From Saprospiraceae bacterium (GTDB taxonomy: Bacteria; Bacteroidota; Bacteroidia; Chitinophagales; Saprospiraceae), in assembly GCA_007125435.1 (NCBI GenBank), contig SLDF01000316.1:1-42440 (forward strand): a stretch of DNA of 42,440 nucleotides. Direction: 5' to 3'. The notes under the pieces were generated by a model that was given only the letters and a program-made list of their open reading frames with translations, was not told the origin of the DNA and searched no databases. The first letter of the stretch is position 1, and each line of letters begins with the position of its first letter. Positions 9,947 to 19,879 of this stretch are shown one piece after another. The translations under genes and the position numbers were made by a program.

Positions 9947-9960
9947 TTTCTATTTTTCAC

Positions 9961-9991
9961 CAAAAGTAGTACACTACATCTAACGCTACAA
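9961..9991 (-). promoter_or_regulatory. Candidate Bacteroidota sigma-A promoter for the TonB-dependent receptor gene
   Basis: On the minus strand TACTTTTG (9968->9961) matches the TAnnTTTG -7 consensus. A TTG sits 20 nt upstream (9991->9989). The box ends 15 nt before the ATG at 9946. This rests on motif matches only. Confidence 0.3.
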
Positions 9992-10089
9992 TGGTTTTTG
10001 CATGAGTTGGTAAATATGATTGATGAATCGCCTAATTACTGCCTTAAGTCGTAATTTCCATTCAACATCAAATTTACAAAATTCGCCTT

Positions 10090-10401
10090 AACCCGGATTA
10101 TGCATTGGAAATTCGTAATGAGGGTTAAAATCGACGAAGGAGATTTACGAATGCCATAAAAAATATAAAAGCAATATGAGTAAATGGCGAAAAAATAAGT
10201 GATTTTGTGAATAAGCCATAGTCAACCCTACGGTGATTGAACGAAATCAAGCAAAGCGACTTATTTTGAAGCCATTTACTCACGCTGTTTTGTTTTCTTT
10301 ATTTGTGTTCGTGAATCTCCTTCGTCGATTTTAAGCCGTAATACCCGCCTGCTGCCATCGACAGGTGGCGGGCAGGGATTTTCTAATGCATAATTCGGGT
10401 T
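10090..10401 (+). repeat. MITE-like nested-palindrome element, family 1, full copy (312 bp)
   Basis: The termini AACCCGGATTATGCATTGGAAATTCG... and ...CTAATGCATAATTCGGGTT are inverted repeats. Inner arm pairs are also inverted: AAAATCGACGAAGGAGATTTACGAA with TTCGTGAATCTCCTTCGTCGATTTT, and GAGTAAATGGC with GCCATTTACTC. The right arm has an extra GC-rich hairpin. No ORF is present. Confidence 0.85.
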
Positions 10402-10475
10402 CAACCCATTGATAAAAGTCTGCAAGATTGTAACAGTAGCAGATGATTATGCCTTTTTTATAGTTTTTACGACGA

Positions 10476-11360
10476 CTACTTCACATTATTGAGTTCAGTC
10501 AAGAAATGATTGGTCTGCTGAAAAAACCACTCCGGCTCATCAAAGAAGATAAAATGATAAGCTTCATCTGCCATGCGCACTTCAGCATTTTCTATGGATT
10601 TTACTTGTGCTTCATAGTTCATTTGATTGACCTCCTTTGTCAGCCCGTATTGTTTATACGCCTTCCATGCGCCTAATACCAGTACAGGGCATTTGATTTG
10701 ACTAACCATCGGGCGCAAGTCGGTTGTCAACATTTCTGCATAGGCTTGATCCACCACATCAAATTGGCTTGCCATGCCCATCTTTATGACTTCCTCTCTC
10801 CTGTCCTCACTTGCAATCATTGTTGCTATCATCATTTCTGACATTTGTCGTCTTATAGCTTCAGTTTGACCAGCCGACATTGCCCGCATATTATCAGCCA
10901 TTTCTTTTGCGGACTCGGGTGTTACATGAGGCATTTGCAAGACTGGAAAATAAGGAAGACCGTCAATCGATATAAGCCCCTTGACGAGATCCGGCCTTTC
11001 ACTCGCGATCCAAAACCCCAGGAATCCTCCCATACTGTGACCCATTATTATCGGAGCCGATGATGTAGATTGGTCGATATAGCTGATCAGATCGTCTTTG
11101 ACTTGTTCCAAAATATGGTCCGCTTCAATCGTCCTTTTATTTCCAAAGCCATCAATCTGTACCAGGTGCAGCTCAAAATCTGTTTGATACTTTGCCACCA
11201 CATCGTCCCATACGTCGGCAGAGCATGACATACCATGAATGAATACGATCGGCTGACCTTCACCGATGACATCGACAGATACAGTTGAAGGCTTCTGTGC
11301 TCTCAGTCCCAGAGCTACAGCCCATAATACCAGAATTCCGAATACATTTTGTAATTTCAT
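10476..11360 (-). CDS. Secreted alpha/beta-fold hydrolase (294 aa)
   Basis: It has a signal peptide, an HG motif (VFIHGMSC) and a nucleophile elbow GHSMGG. Confidence 0.8.
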   Translation of the reverse strand: MKLQNVFGILVLWAVALGLRAQKPSTVSVDVIGEGQPIVFIHGMSCSADVWDDVVAKYQTDFELHLVQIDGFGNKRTIEADHILEQVKDDLISYIDQSTSSAPIIMGHSMGGFLGFWIASERPDLVKGLISIDGLPYFPVLQMPHVTPESAKEMADNMRAMSAGQTEAIRRQMSEMMIATMIASEDRREEVIKMGMASQFDVVDQAYAEMLTTDLRPMVSQIKCPVLVLGAWKAYKQYGLTKEVNQMNYEAQVKSIENAEVRMADEAYHFIFFDEPEWFFQQTNHFLTELNNVK

Positions 11361-11710
11361 TTTAGTGTAATTTTAGCGTTCTATAATGGTCACAAAGCTG
11401 GATATTTTAGTGGCAATCGGTAAATTTGATTGATAAGTGGTCGACTTTTGTTGTTGAGACTGCCATTTGTGTTGATATCGCTTCCTCATCGGGATTAATC
11501 CTCGCCACACGACCTTTCCTGCAGTCCTCCGCTTCATTGGTCACCAAAAAGCCGTCATTCATCAATTCACGCTTATAAAATCATCTCATTTTTAGCATCT
11601 TAGCCCCCCATTGAAAGGAGCGAAACTTACTCACGCGATTAATTTATAAATGGAGTGTTTTTGAACAGAGGATATGAAGGCTTGCATTGATTAAGAATTA
11701 TTGTATTTTT

Positions 11711-12021
11711 TGGGCATCACCCTATCATCCCTTTTGGGAAGGGATGATAAGGTCGCTTTATAGAGTCTGAAAATAGCCATCTTAACGATCCCAAGTCTTG
11801 CTCTTTTGAGCGATATCTTCGAAAAAAAATACTTACGTAGCTATGGCTATGCGCGTATTTTTTATTCTTCGATCTCACTCAAAATAGCTGCGACTTAGAT
11901 CATACGACAGCAATTTTCAGACTCGTTCCGTGGCTCACTGTTCGTTCGGCCTCGATTTCGCTTAGGCTACATCGAGTCTGGCTGCGCATTCGCTGCGCCA
12001 CCACTACATATCGCTGATGCA
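11711..12021 (-). repeat. Interspersed repeat family 2, copy C, carrying a nested palindromic insertion (311 bp)
   Basis: It starts TGGGCATCACCC and ends CGCTGATGCA. The right 95 bp or so aligns with copy B. An internal segment of roughly 170 bp (about 11763-11931) is bounded by GAGTCTGAAAAT / ATTTTCAGACTC inverted repeats and is absent from the other copies. Confidence 0.8.
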
Positions 12022-12052
12022 ATAAGAAGATAAAACATAAAAACACCTGAAT

Positions 12053-13060
12053 ATGAGGATAGCAAGACACATTATTTTTTGGCTGATCTATCTGATTTTT
12101 TGGATGGTTATTTACTACCGTTATTATACCTCAGTCTTAGACTTATTGGCAGTGACACTCATATACCTCATGGCTCATGCCGGTTTATATTACGTCGTCC
12201 AATATATACTTATCCCCAGATTGCTTAAGCAGCAGAAACTCCTGGCTTTTACAGGAGCTGTAATAGGCATTTTGTTGTTTTCTGTACTCATTATGTTTGC
12301 TTTGATAAACCTATACCTTGGCGATACATTTGAAGTGTTTTTTGGGGAGAATAAAGGCATATTGATTGCTACTTTGTTTTTTGCTAATGTGTCTACGACA
12401 TCAGTGATCATCGCAGTTAAGAGTTTCAAAGACCGCTTCATACAAGCCAGAGAAGAACAGCGTAAAAAAACCGATCGTCTACAGACCGAGCTGCACTTTC
12501 TCAAAGCCCAGGTCAATCCACATTTCCTGTTCAATACCATCAATTCCATTTATGTGTTGATTCGTAAAGATCCCGACAAAGCAGCCCAGACACTCATTAA
12601 GCTAAGTGATCTATTACGGACACAGCTATATGAATTTGGGGAAGAAAAGATAGACATTGCAAAAGAACTGGAATACATAGAAAACTACATGGCACTGGAA
12701 AAGCTGAGAAAAGGCGATCAACTTCAACTAGAATATAATAAACATGCAGATGTATCAGGATTCAAGATAGTCCCACTCATGCTCATACCATTCTTAGAAA
12801 ACTGCTACAAGCACCTGGGGCGCTCCCCCGATGGCAAGTCGGTGATTCGCATAGACCTAAAAGCTGACGATGAATGGTTTTATGCTGAGTTTACCAATTC
12901 TTACACCAGAGATAATCACCAAAATCAATCCGGCGGCATCGGCCTGAAGAATGTAAAGCGACGCTTAGATCTGTGTTATCCATCCGACCAACACGCCTTA
13001 GACATTCATGAAGAATATCCTTATTTTACCGTCCGTTTGAAACTTAAAAAACATGTCTAG
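12053..13060 (+). CDS. LytS/YehU-type sensor histidine kinase (335 aa)
   Basis: Four to five TM segments are followed by the motif QVNPHFLFNTINSI and a C-terminal ATPase-like region (GGIGLKNVKRRL). Confidence 0.85.
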   Translation: MRIARHIIFWLIYLIFWMVIYYRYYTSVLDLLAVTLIYLMAHAGLYYVVQYILIPRLLKQQKLLAFTGAVIGILLFSVLIMFALINLYLGDTFEVFFGENKGILIATLFFANVSTTSVIIAVKSFKDRFIQAREEQRKKTDRLQTELHFLKAQVNPHFLFNTINSIYVLIRKDPDKAAQTLIKLSDLLRTQLYEFGEEKIDIAKELEYIENYMALEKLRKGDQLQLEYNKHADVSGFKIVPLMLIPFLENCYKHLGRSPDGKSVIRIDLKADDEWFYAEFTNSYTRDNHQNQSGGIGLKNVKRRLDLCYPSDQHALDIHEEYPYFTVRLKLKKHV

Positions 13061-13757
13061 AGCCATTAAAGTCATTGTAGTAGAAGATGAACCTCTTGCC
13101 AGAGAAGGATTAGTCGATTATATTCAAGAGCTGGACTTCCTGGAGTTAGTAACTTGTTGTGAAGATGCCATACAAGCTACTGAGGTTTTAGCAAAACTCC
13201 CACCGGATTTGATATTTCTCGACATACATATGCCAAAGCTGTCAGGTATAGACTTTCTCAAAAGCATGAAAAACCCACCTTTAGTCATCATGACTACAGC
13301 CTACCCCAGCTATGCATTGGAAGGGTTCGAATTGGATGTGGTGGACTATCTGGTCAAGCCCTTCCCCTTTCAGCGATTCTTGAAGGCTGTCAATAAGGCG
13401 AAGGGACTCATTGATCTACAATCCCAGGCTCAGCAAACGACTTCTGACAAACAAACACATATATTCATTCCCGTGGAGCACCAGTTGGAGAAAGTCTACT
13501 TTGATGATATCATATATCTAGAAGCCATGGAAAACTATATCCAGTTTCACAACACTGACAAAAAGAGACTGACCAAAATGACAATGATCCATGCAGAAAG
13601 CATCTTACCCGAATCATTCGTCAGAATACACAAAAGCTACATCATCAATGAAAACCACGTCACAGCCATAGAGGCAAACACCATAAAAATGGGAGATGTA
13701 AAACTGCCAGTGTCAAGAAAATACAAAGCACTAGTTATGAAGCGGCTTATGCCTTGA
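13053..13757 (+). CDS. LytTR-family response regulator (234 aa)
   Basis: A REC domain (VIVVEDEPLA...FLDIHMPKLSG...YLVKP) is followed by a LytTR domain (FVRIHKSYIIN...LPVSRKY). It overlaps the kinase gene by 8 nt. Confidence 0.9.
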   Translation: MSRAIKVIVVEDEPLAREGLVDYIQELDFLELVTCCEDAIQATEVLAKLPPDLIFLDIHMPKLSGIDFLKSMKNPPLVIMTTAYPSYALEGFELDVVDYLVKPFPFQRFLKAVNKAKGLIDLQSQAQQTTSDKQTHIFIPVEHQLEKVYFDDIIYLEAMENYIQFHNTDKKRLTKMTMIHAESILPESFVRIHKSYIINENHVTAIEANTIKMGDVKLPVSRKYKALVMKRLMP

Positions 13758-13836
13758 TGCCAATCAGCTTTAATTCTTTTTATGCTCAGATGGTTTAATT
13801 ATCTTTACCCATTCAGGGTATAAAACTATAACAGGC

Positions 13837-15291
13837 ATGAATTCAGGCAACTTTATCAAGAATTTTATAGGAGGCAAATATGTAAACCCCATCAGCGGCG
13901 AATGGTTAGACAATTATGAGCCGGCTACTGGTCAGGTATACAGTCAAATAGCTAAGTCAGACAAAAGGGATATCGAAGCAGCTGTAGCAGCCGGAGAAAA
14001 TGCTCTACCCATCTGGCGATCCACAGCATTAGAAGATCGGTTTCGTATCATGAATGCCATAGCAGAAGGAATTGAGCGCAGATTGGATACATTGGCAGAG
14101 GCTGAGTCTGTCGACAATGGCAAACCCGTAAGTCTCGCCAGAAAAGTAGATATTCCAAGAGCGGCTGCTAACTTTAGATTTTTTGCTACAGCTATTATGC
14201 ATTATGCCAGTGAATCTCATCACATGCCCGGCGTAGCGATCAATTATACATTGCGGCAGCCTATTGGAGTCGTTGGGTGCATATCACCATGGAATCTACC
14301 ATTGTATTTGTTTACCTGGAAAATCGCACCTGCCATTGCTGCAGGAAATGTGGTTGTGGCAAAACCTTCAGAAATAACGCCTATGACGGCATATCTTCTG
14401 GGTGAAATCTGCAATGAAGCCGGGCTGCCTCCGGGCGTACTCAATATTGTGCATGGCACCGGCCCCGATTGCGGCCAAGCCATCGTAGAGCATAAAAACA
14501 TTAAAGCCATATCATTCACGGGAGGCACAGCTACAGGTGCTCGTATAGCCTCTATTGCAGCTCCGGTTTTCAAAAAACTTTCGCTAGAACTCGGTGGTAA
14601 AAACCCCAATATCGTATTTGAAGACGCTGACCTTCAACAGGCCATATCTACTGGGGTATTGTCTTCATTTAGCAATCAAGGTCAGATTTGTCTATGCGGA
14701 TCAAGAATACTCGTACACCGCTCTGTATACGATCAATATGTCGAGCAATTTGTAGAGAAAGTCAGCCGGCTCAGAATAGATGATCCCATGTCGCCCAACG
14801 CACAGATAGGAGCTGTAGTCTCAGCAGAACACAAAGCTAAAATCCTCAACCACCTCAATATTGCCCGACAAGAAGGCGCTAAGATCGCCTACGGAGGGCA
14901 AGAGTACCAAATGACAGGGCGATGCAAAGATGGCTACTTCCTCCAGCCAACAGTCATTACCGGCTTGCCAAATAATTGTCGAACCAATCAGGAAGAGATC
15001 TTTGGCCCGGTCGTCAGCATTCAGGCATTTGACCATGAAGAAGAAGCCATTGCACTGGCTAATGATTCACCCTACGGCCTGGCTGCTTCCGTCTGGACAG
15101 AAAATCTCAATAGAGCGCATAGAGTAGCTGAGCAAATACAAACCGGCATCGTCTGGGTTAATTGCTGGCTATTACGCGACTTGAGAACACCATTCGGCGG
15201 TATGAAAAACTCCGGTGTCGGTAGAGAAGGGGGCTGGGAGGCACTACGCTTCTTCACAGAAGCTAAGAATGTTTGTATCAAGCACAATTGA
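13837..15291 (+). CDS. NAD(P)-dependent aldehyde dehydrogenase (484 aa)
   Basis: The ALDH catalytic motifs ELGGKNP and GQICLCGSR are present. Overall it resembles the muconic-semialdehyde dehydrogenase branch, but I cannot assign a substrate. Confidence 0.9.
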   Translation: MNSGNFIKNFIGGKYVNPISGEWLDNYEPATGQVYSQIAKSDKRDIEAAVAAGENALPIWRSTALEDRFRIMNAIAEGIERRLDTLAEAESVDNGKPVSLARKVDIPRAAANFRFFATAIMHYASESHHMPGVAINYTLRQPIGVVGCISPWNLPLYLFTWKIAPAIAAGNVVVAKPSEITPMTAYLLGEICNEAGLPPGVLNIVHGTGPDCGQAIVEHKNIKAISFTGGTATGARIASIAAPVFKKLSLELGGKNPNIVFEDADLQQAISTGVLSSFSNQGQICLCGSRILVHRSVYDQYVEQFVEKVSRLRIDDPMSPNAQIGAVVSAEHKAKILNHLNIARQEGAKIAYGGQEYQMTGRCKDGYFLQPTVITGLPNNCRTNQEEIFGPVVSIQAFDHEEEAIALANDSPYGLAASVWTENLNRAHRVAEQIQTGIVWVNCWLLRDLRTPFGGMKNSGVGREGGWEALRFFTEAKNVCIKHN

Positions 15292-15528
15292 TATCACAAA
15301 TACACGAATGCTCAAAGCAACTTCATAGTAAGAGCATCTGGCTAAATCGCACATATCCTGCAGATGAGTAGACTATTGGACCAAAGTGGATTTAGCATGT
15401 AAACTTACAGGAAGCATTTCAAAATGTCGTTTTTTTGGTCATGCATTGACGATATGAAAGGGTGGCTGATTGACGACAAAGATGATACCGAAACCAATAA
15501 ATTGAAACACCCTCAATTTTATAAGGAA

Positions 15529-16878
15529 TTAGTCTTCAATGGTATTTTTGTAAATTTTTCCATCTTTCATAATCACAAGAAAGTTTTTACTGGGGTTTGC
15601 AATTAATTGAATGTCATCTAGCGGATTTCCATCTACTAGCAGCAAATCGGCCAATGCTCCTTTTTCAACAACTCCAAGATCACCTTGATATGGACTTCTC
15701 AAACCAGATAATTTTAATACTTGGGCGTTATTGTAAGTAATCATTGACAAAGCCTCTGCAGGGGTAAACCACTTTGTAAGCATCGTAATAAAACTATTTT
15801 GCTCTTCATTCAACTCCGGCTCAAATAAAAAGTCAGTACCCCACGCCAGTTTAAGCTTATTTTTCTTAGCCATCTTCCACACATAATCCTGTCCTTCAAT
15901 AACAGGCTTTCTTTTCTCTTTTCTTAATGGATCCATGTTTGGCGTACTTGCTCTTAGCGTTTGCATACTTAGCCAAACCTTTTTTCGCTTCAATAGCCTC
16001 AATGTCTTTCTGTCCAGCAATTGTCCATGTTCTACACATTTCACACCAGCTTTCACCGCACGTCTAATTGCTCGTGGAGTATAAGCATGTACTGTCACAT
16101 AAGTGCCCCAGTCTTCTGCTGCTTCTACAGCAGCTCGTAACTCATCAAAAGTATACTGTGTCACATCAACCGGATCATATGCAGAGGAAGTTCCACCTCC
16201 TGCCATCAACTTTATTTGCGAGGCCCCTTCTCTCAAGTTTTCACGAACAGCAGTCAATACTTCATCTCTGCCGTCAGCAATAAATGTTGCTCCATACATT
16301 TCAGCTCTTGAAATTGGGCCAAAAAATCTTCTTGACTTTTCATCAGGTGTTCGAAAATCACCATGGCCGGCTGTCTGACTAATTGTAGCCCCTGAAGGCC
16401 ATACTCTAGGCCCGATAATTGATCCCTCTTGTATTGACCTGTGTAATGGAAAAATAGGTCCTCCAACATCACGCACCGAAGTAAAGCCTCGCATTAAAGT
16501 TTCTTCAGCATTAATTGCTGCTTTAGCAAAGATCACTTTTTCATCTAGATCTGGGTTCATCATCTCGCGCATGGTCAATGCACCGAAAACTAGATGAACA
16601 TGTACATCAATCAACCCTGGCATCAATGTCCGGCCTCCACCATTGATTATTTGTACGTTTGATCCGATTTCAATACTTGAAGTACTTATTACTTTTATGA
16701 TGTTTCCTTCAATCAGAACATTTGAAGTTGCGCTTAACTTCTTAGATTTCCCATCAAAAACCCTCACATTTTCAAAAAGAACTGAGACTGGCGTTTCTGA
16801 CTGAGAAAACAATGAAATCGAAGCAACAAAAACAAAAGCTTTAAAGAGTATATCTAAACTGTGGTAAATTAATTTCAT
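15529..16878 (-). CDS. Secreted metal-dependent amidohydrolase-family protein (449 aa)
   Basis: It has a signal peptide and the HxH metal motif (GLIDVHVHL). Its length and layout are typical of amidohydrolase-family proteins. Confidence 0.8.
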   Translation of the reverse strand: MKLIYHSLDILFKAFVFVASISLFSQSETPVSVLFENVRVFDGKSKKLSATSNVLIEGNIIKVISTSSIEIGSNVQIINGGGRTLMPGLIDVHVHLVFGALTMREMMNPDLDEKVIFAKAAINAEETLMRGFTSVRDVGGPIFPLHRSIQEGSIIGPRVWPSGATISQTAGHGDFRTPDEKSRRFFGPISRAEMYGATFIADGRDEVLTAVRENLREGASQIKLMAGGGTSSAYDPVDVTQYTFDELRAAVEAAEDWGTYVTVHAYTPRAIRRAVKAGVKCVEHGQLLDRKTLRLLKRKKVWLSMQTLRASTPNMDPLRKEKRKPVIEGQDYVWKMAKKNKLKLAWGTDFLFEPELNEEQNSFITMLTKWFTPAEALSMITYNNAQVLKLSGLRSPYQGDLGVVEKGALADLLLVDGNPLDDIQLIANPSKNFLVIMKDGKIYKNTIED

Positions 16879-17083
16879 ATCTGCATTTTATAAATCAAAT
16901 ATATAGATATAGTATCGAAACATCGCTATATCGTTTTGATTAAAATATTGACTTATTTTGGATCACTTTTTTTATTCTTAGTACAGCTCTAAAAAGGGCG
17001 TAGCTCAAAGTATTGTTCTCATCTAAAGTAAGAAATCAGCACTTAGGTGCAGTGTCGTGGCAAATCAAAGTAATGTAATTGAC

Positions 17084-19879
17084 TTAATCACGACCACACA
17101 TAGACTTAAAATCACAAAACTTACAGTGATCCTCCTTCGTTGTTTGGTCAATAATCAACTCTTCAGAAAGCATGTTGTCGATCTCATCGAAGAGATGCTG
17201 TTCAAATGCTTTGATCATCTCGAGGTCTATATCGCCATCTTTGAGTGATACTTTACTGTCAACGGTACCGGCGTTTGCTCTGGAAAAGTACAAATGCGGC
17301 TCTGGCAGCCCCAATTGTTTATGCTGCTCGTGATAAAAATATGTATATAAAAGGGTCTGTCTCACTTCCTTGGCCTTTTGCTCATCTCGAGTCCACAGAT
17401 CATCCATTGTGAGCTTTCCTGATATATTCTTTGACTCTTTTCCTGTTTTAAAGTCGACAAGACGCATTGCTCCTGATGGCATTTCATCCACACGGTCAAT
17501 AATCCCCTTAAAGGTTAGTTCTAGTCCCCTATGAGAGACAACAACTTTTATTTTGTCCTCCGTATCTTTGACTATGAAGGGAACATTGGCTTCATCATAG
17601 CGCAATAGCCTTTTCAAATTACCGATGACAGCAGTGATAAACAACTTGTGCTTACCTGTATTTGCCAAATCATATGGCAACCTCATCTCCCTTACATATA
17701 CATCTGTTGACAGACGTTCCAGACTCTCTTCAAATTGGCCAATGACATACTTATTTATTACCTGACCTTTATACTCAGCATAAAACTCCTCCAATACTTT
17801 GTGCACAATATTGCCGAGCTGACCTGAATCCATCTCTTCCGAATCATCTTCGTAATTTCTAAACTTCAGAATATATTGCAAATACCAGCGAAGTCGGCAG
17901 GTCAGCCATGTATCTATGGCTGTAGGACTTATCTCACCATTCTCTAGCCAGTCTCGTATCTGTGACCTTTCAGCATCATTGACTGTGAATTGTATGGGCT
18001 TAGCAGCCGATGACTTAGAAGCAAAGGCCATTGATACCTCATGCATACTCCAAGTCTCGGGCCGTATGCCTTGCATCAGTCTTTGTATCCACCTGGAGGG
18101 CTCAGTCCCCATACCGGTATTAGACACCACATTATAATACATTGTGACTTCACTCGTCGATGACACCAGATTCCAAAATAAAAAATCCTGAACATCAGCT
18201 TTGTCACTAAAACCCGGCAATCCGTATCGCTGAGCCAGACTGTGTGGAAAGATTGTATTGTGACTTAGGGTTGGTAATGTCCCTTCATTGCACTGCAAAA
18301 CGAAGAGTCTGTCAAATTGCAAATTTGCCATCTCGAATAGACCTAAAACCTGTAGTCCTTTTAACGGCTCACCCTTTAAAGTGATACGCGTATGCTGAAG
18401 AATCCTTTTTAGAAATTGGCCAAAGAAAGAAGGTGACCACTCTGACTCCTGTTGATCCATTACGACCTTTAGGGATAATAGACTTTGATGTAGGTGATAG
18501 ATACTGGCATTATTCAGTTCTGATGATTCCTTTTCATAGACTAGTTCTAGCAGGTGAAGGCATCGGCTGAGCAAGTTTACCTGTCCGTTCGATGGACTCA
18601 GCAAGTCCCTCCAGTCGCTATCCATTTGCAACCATTGATCGTCTATTTTCCAAAAGCGCCCTTCAGTCGAATCAATATGCCCCAGTATAGTATTCACATG
18701 TGGCAATGTGCTTATCATGGATTGGCTAAAAAACATTTTAAGCTTCTTCACCTCTATGTAAGTATTGTAATGCTGATCCCAACTGTCCAGGCAATCGATG
18801 AACCGGCTCAGCAACACAAAAACCGGAGTGTCCAGCGAAGAAAGCCCCATAGACACATTTATGTGCTTCACCTCCTCAGGAATGACATTCAATAATGGTA
18901 ACAACATGGCCTGATCCGGTAAAATGATTCCTGTCTTATCCAGCTCTTCTTCAGTCAAGCCTTTTAGTGCATTAGAAAGTAACTGGAACTGAGCCATATC
19001 TCCACTGACTGGGCTGATGGTAATTGATTTATCTTCATCCGCGATGGGGGATATGACTTTTGAAATATCCTTTTGATCACTGATGAATCTGTGACTGGGG
19101 TGCTCACAGTCCAGGAGCTTTATATGGTCATTGGGTGGCATAGCCCAGTAGTACTGATCGGCGTCTATATGCTTGAGAATAGCCTCCTCTGCCTGACTGA
19201 GCTGATACATCCCTATGACATAAGCCGCATTATATTCTATATCCGTAACACCATCGAAGTCCATTTCTATCAAGTGTCTGGCTGCTACAGCAGATGATCC
19301 CATCTGGCCTTCCTTTAGGGCTGATCTAAATGCACCATATAAGTCACCCAATACGCGCCATATTTTACCCAGATTATCTCCAAGAGCAGAAGATTGCATA
19401 CTCCTTGCCAACAGCTTCAGCTCTTCGGTCATTCCCGCTTGATCCCATGTCTCTAGCTCAGCCACTGCTTTTAGCTGATCAAAAAAGAGATCAGTATCCA
19501 CCAGAGCTCTATCTAGGGCATCAAAATCTTTCAGCAGCATCAACCCCAAGCCATAAAAGTCCTCAAATGCCTCATTACCCCCTACCTGCCGCCAAAATTT
19601 ATAAAGCAAAATACATTGATTGAGATCTTCCACAGATTGCCAGCCTGTAAGCTGCATGATGTAACTGTCGAGCGTATGCATCTGTGGTGTCCATACAGGT
19701 CTACCGGCCACTTTGACCAAAGCCTTTCTAAAATACAACAAAGACCTATACGTCGGAAACAACAAAAGGCATGTGCTCAAGTCATCGTTGTGTCGCCGCA
19801 AAATATCTCTGGCTACAGTTTCCAGAAAAGGCGTAGACTCAGTATTGTTTATAAGTTCAGCAGTTGATTGTTGAGACAT
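17084..19879 (-). CDS. AddB-like PD-(D/E)XK nuclease-family protein (931 aa)
   Basis: The C-terminal RecB-type nuclease motif is GIIDRVDE...RLVDFKTGK. A terminal Cys cluster (CKFCDFKSMC) resembles the AddB Fe-S site. I saw no Walker A motif in the N-terminal part. Confidence 0.75.
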   Translation of the reverse strand: MSQQSTAELINNTESTPFLETVARDILRRHNDDLSTCLLLFPTYRSLLYFRKALVKVAGRPVWTPQMHTLDSYIMQLTGWQSVEDLNQCILLYKFWRQVGGNEAFEDFYGLGLMLLKDFDALDRALVDTDLFFDQLKAVAELETWDQAGMTEELKLLARSMQSSALGDNLGKIWRVLGDLYGAFRSALKEGQMGSSAVAARHLIEMDFDGVTDIEYNAAYVIGMYQLSQAEEAILKHIDADQYYWAMPPNDHIKLLDCEHPSHRFISDQKDISKVISPIADEDKSITISPVSGDMAQFQLLSNALKGLTEEELDKTGIILPDQAMLLPLLNVIPEEVKHINVSMGLSSLDTPVFVLLSRFIDCLDSWDQHYNTYIEVKKLKMFFSQSMISTLPHVNTILGHIDSTEGRFWKIDDQWLQMDSDWRDLLSPSNGQVNLLSRCLHLLELVYEKESSELNNASIYHLHQSLLSLKVVMDQQESEWSPSFFGQFLKRILQHTRITLKGEPLKGLQVLGLFEMANLQFDRLFVLQCNEGTLPTLSHNTIFPHSLAQRYGLPGFSDKADVQDFLFWNLVSSTSEVTMYYNVVSNTGMGTEPSRWIQRLMQGIRPETWSMHEVSMAFASKSSAAKPIQFTVNDAERSQIRDWLENGEISPTAIDTWLTCRLRWYLQYILKFRNYEDDSEEMDSGQLGNIVHKVLEEFYAEYKGQVINKYVIGQFEESLERLSTDVYVREMRLPYDLANTGKHKLFITAVIGNLKRLLRYDEANVPFIVKDTEDKIKVVVSHRGLELTFKGIIDRVDEMPSGAMRLVDFKTGKESKNISGKLTMDDLWTRDEQKAKEVRQTLLYTYFYHEQHKQLGLPEPHLYFSRANAGTVDSKVSLKDGDIDLEMIKAFEQHLFDEIDNMLSEELIIDQTTKEDHCKFCDFKSMCGRD

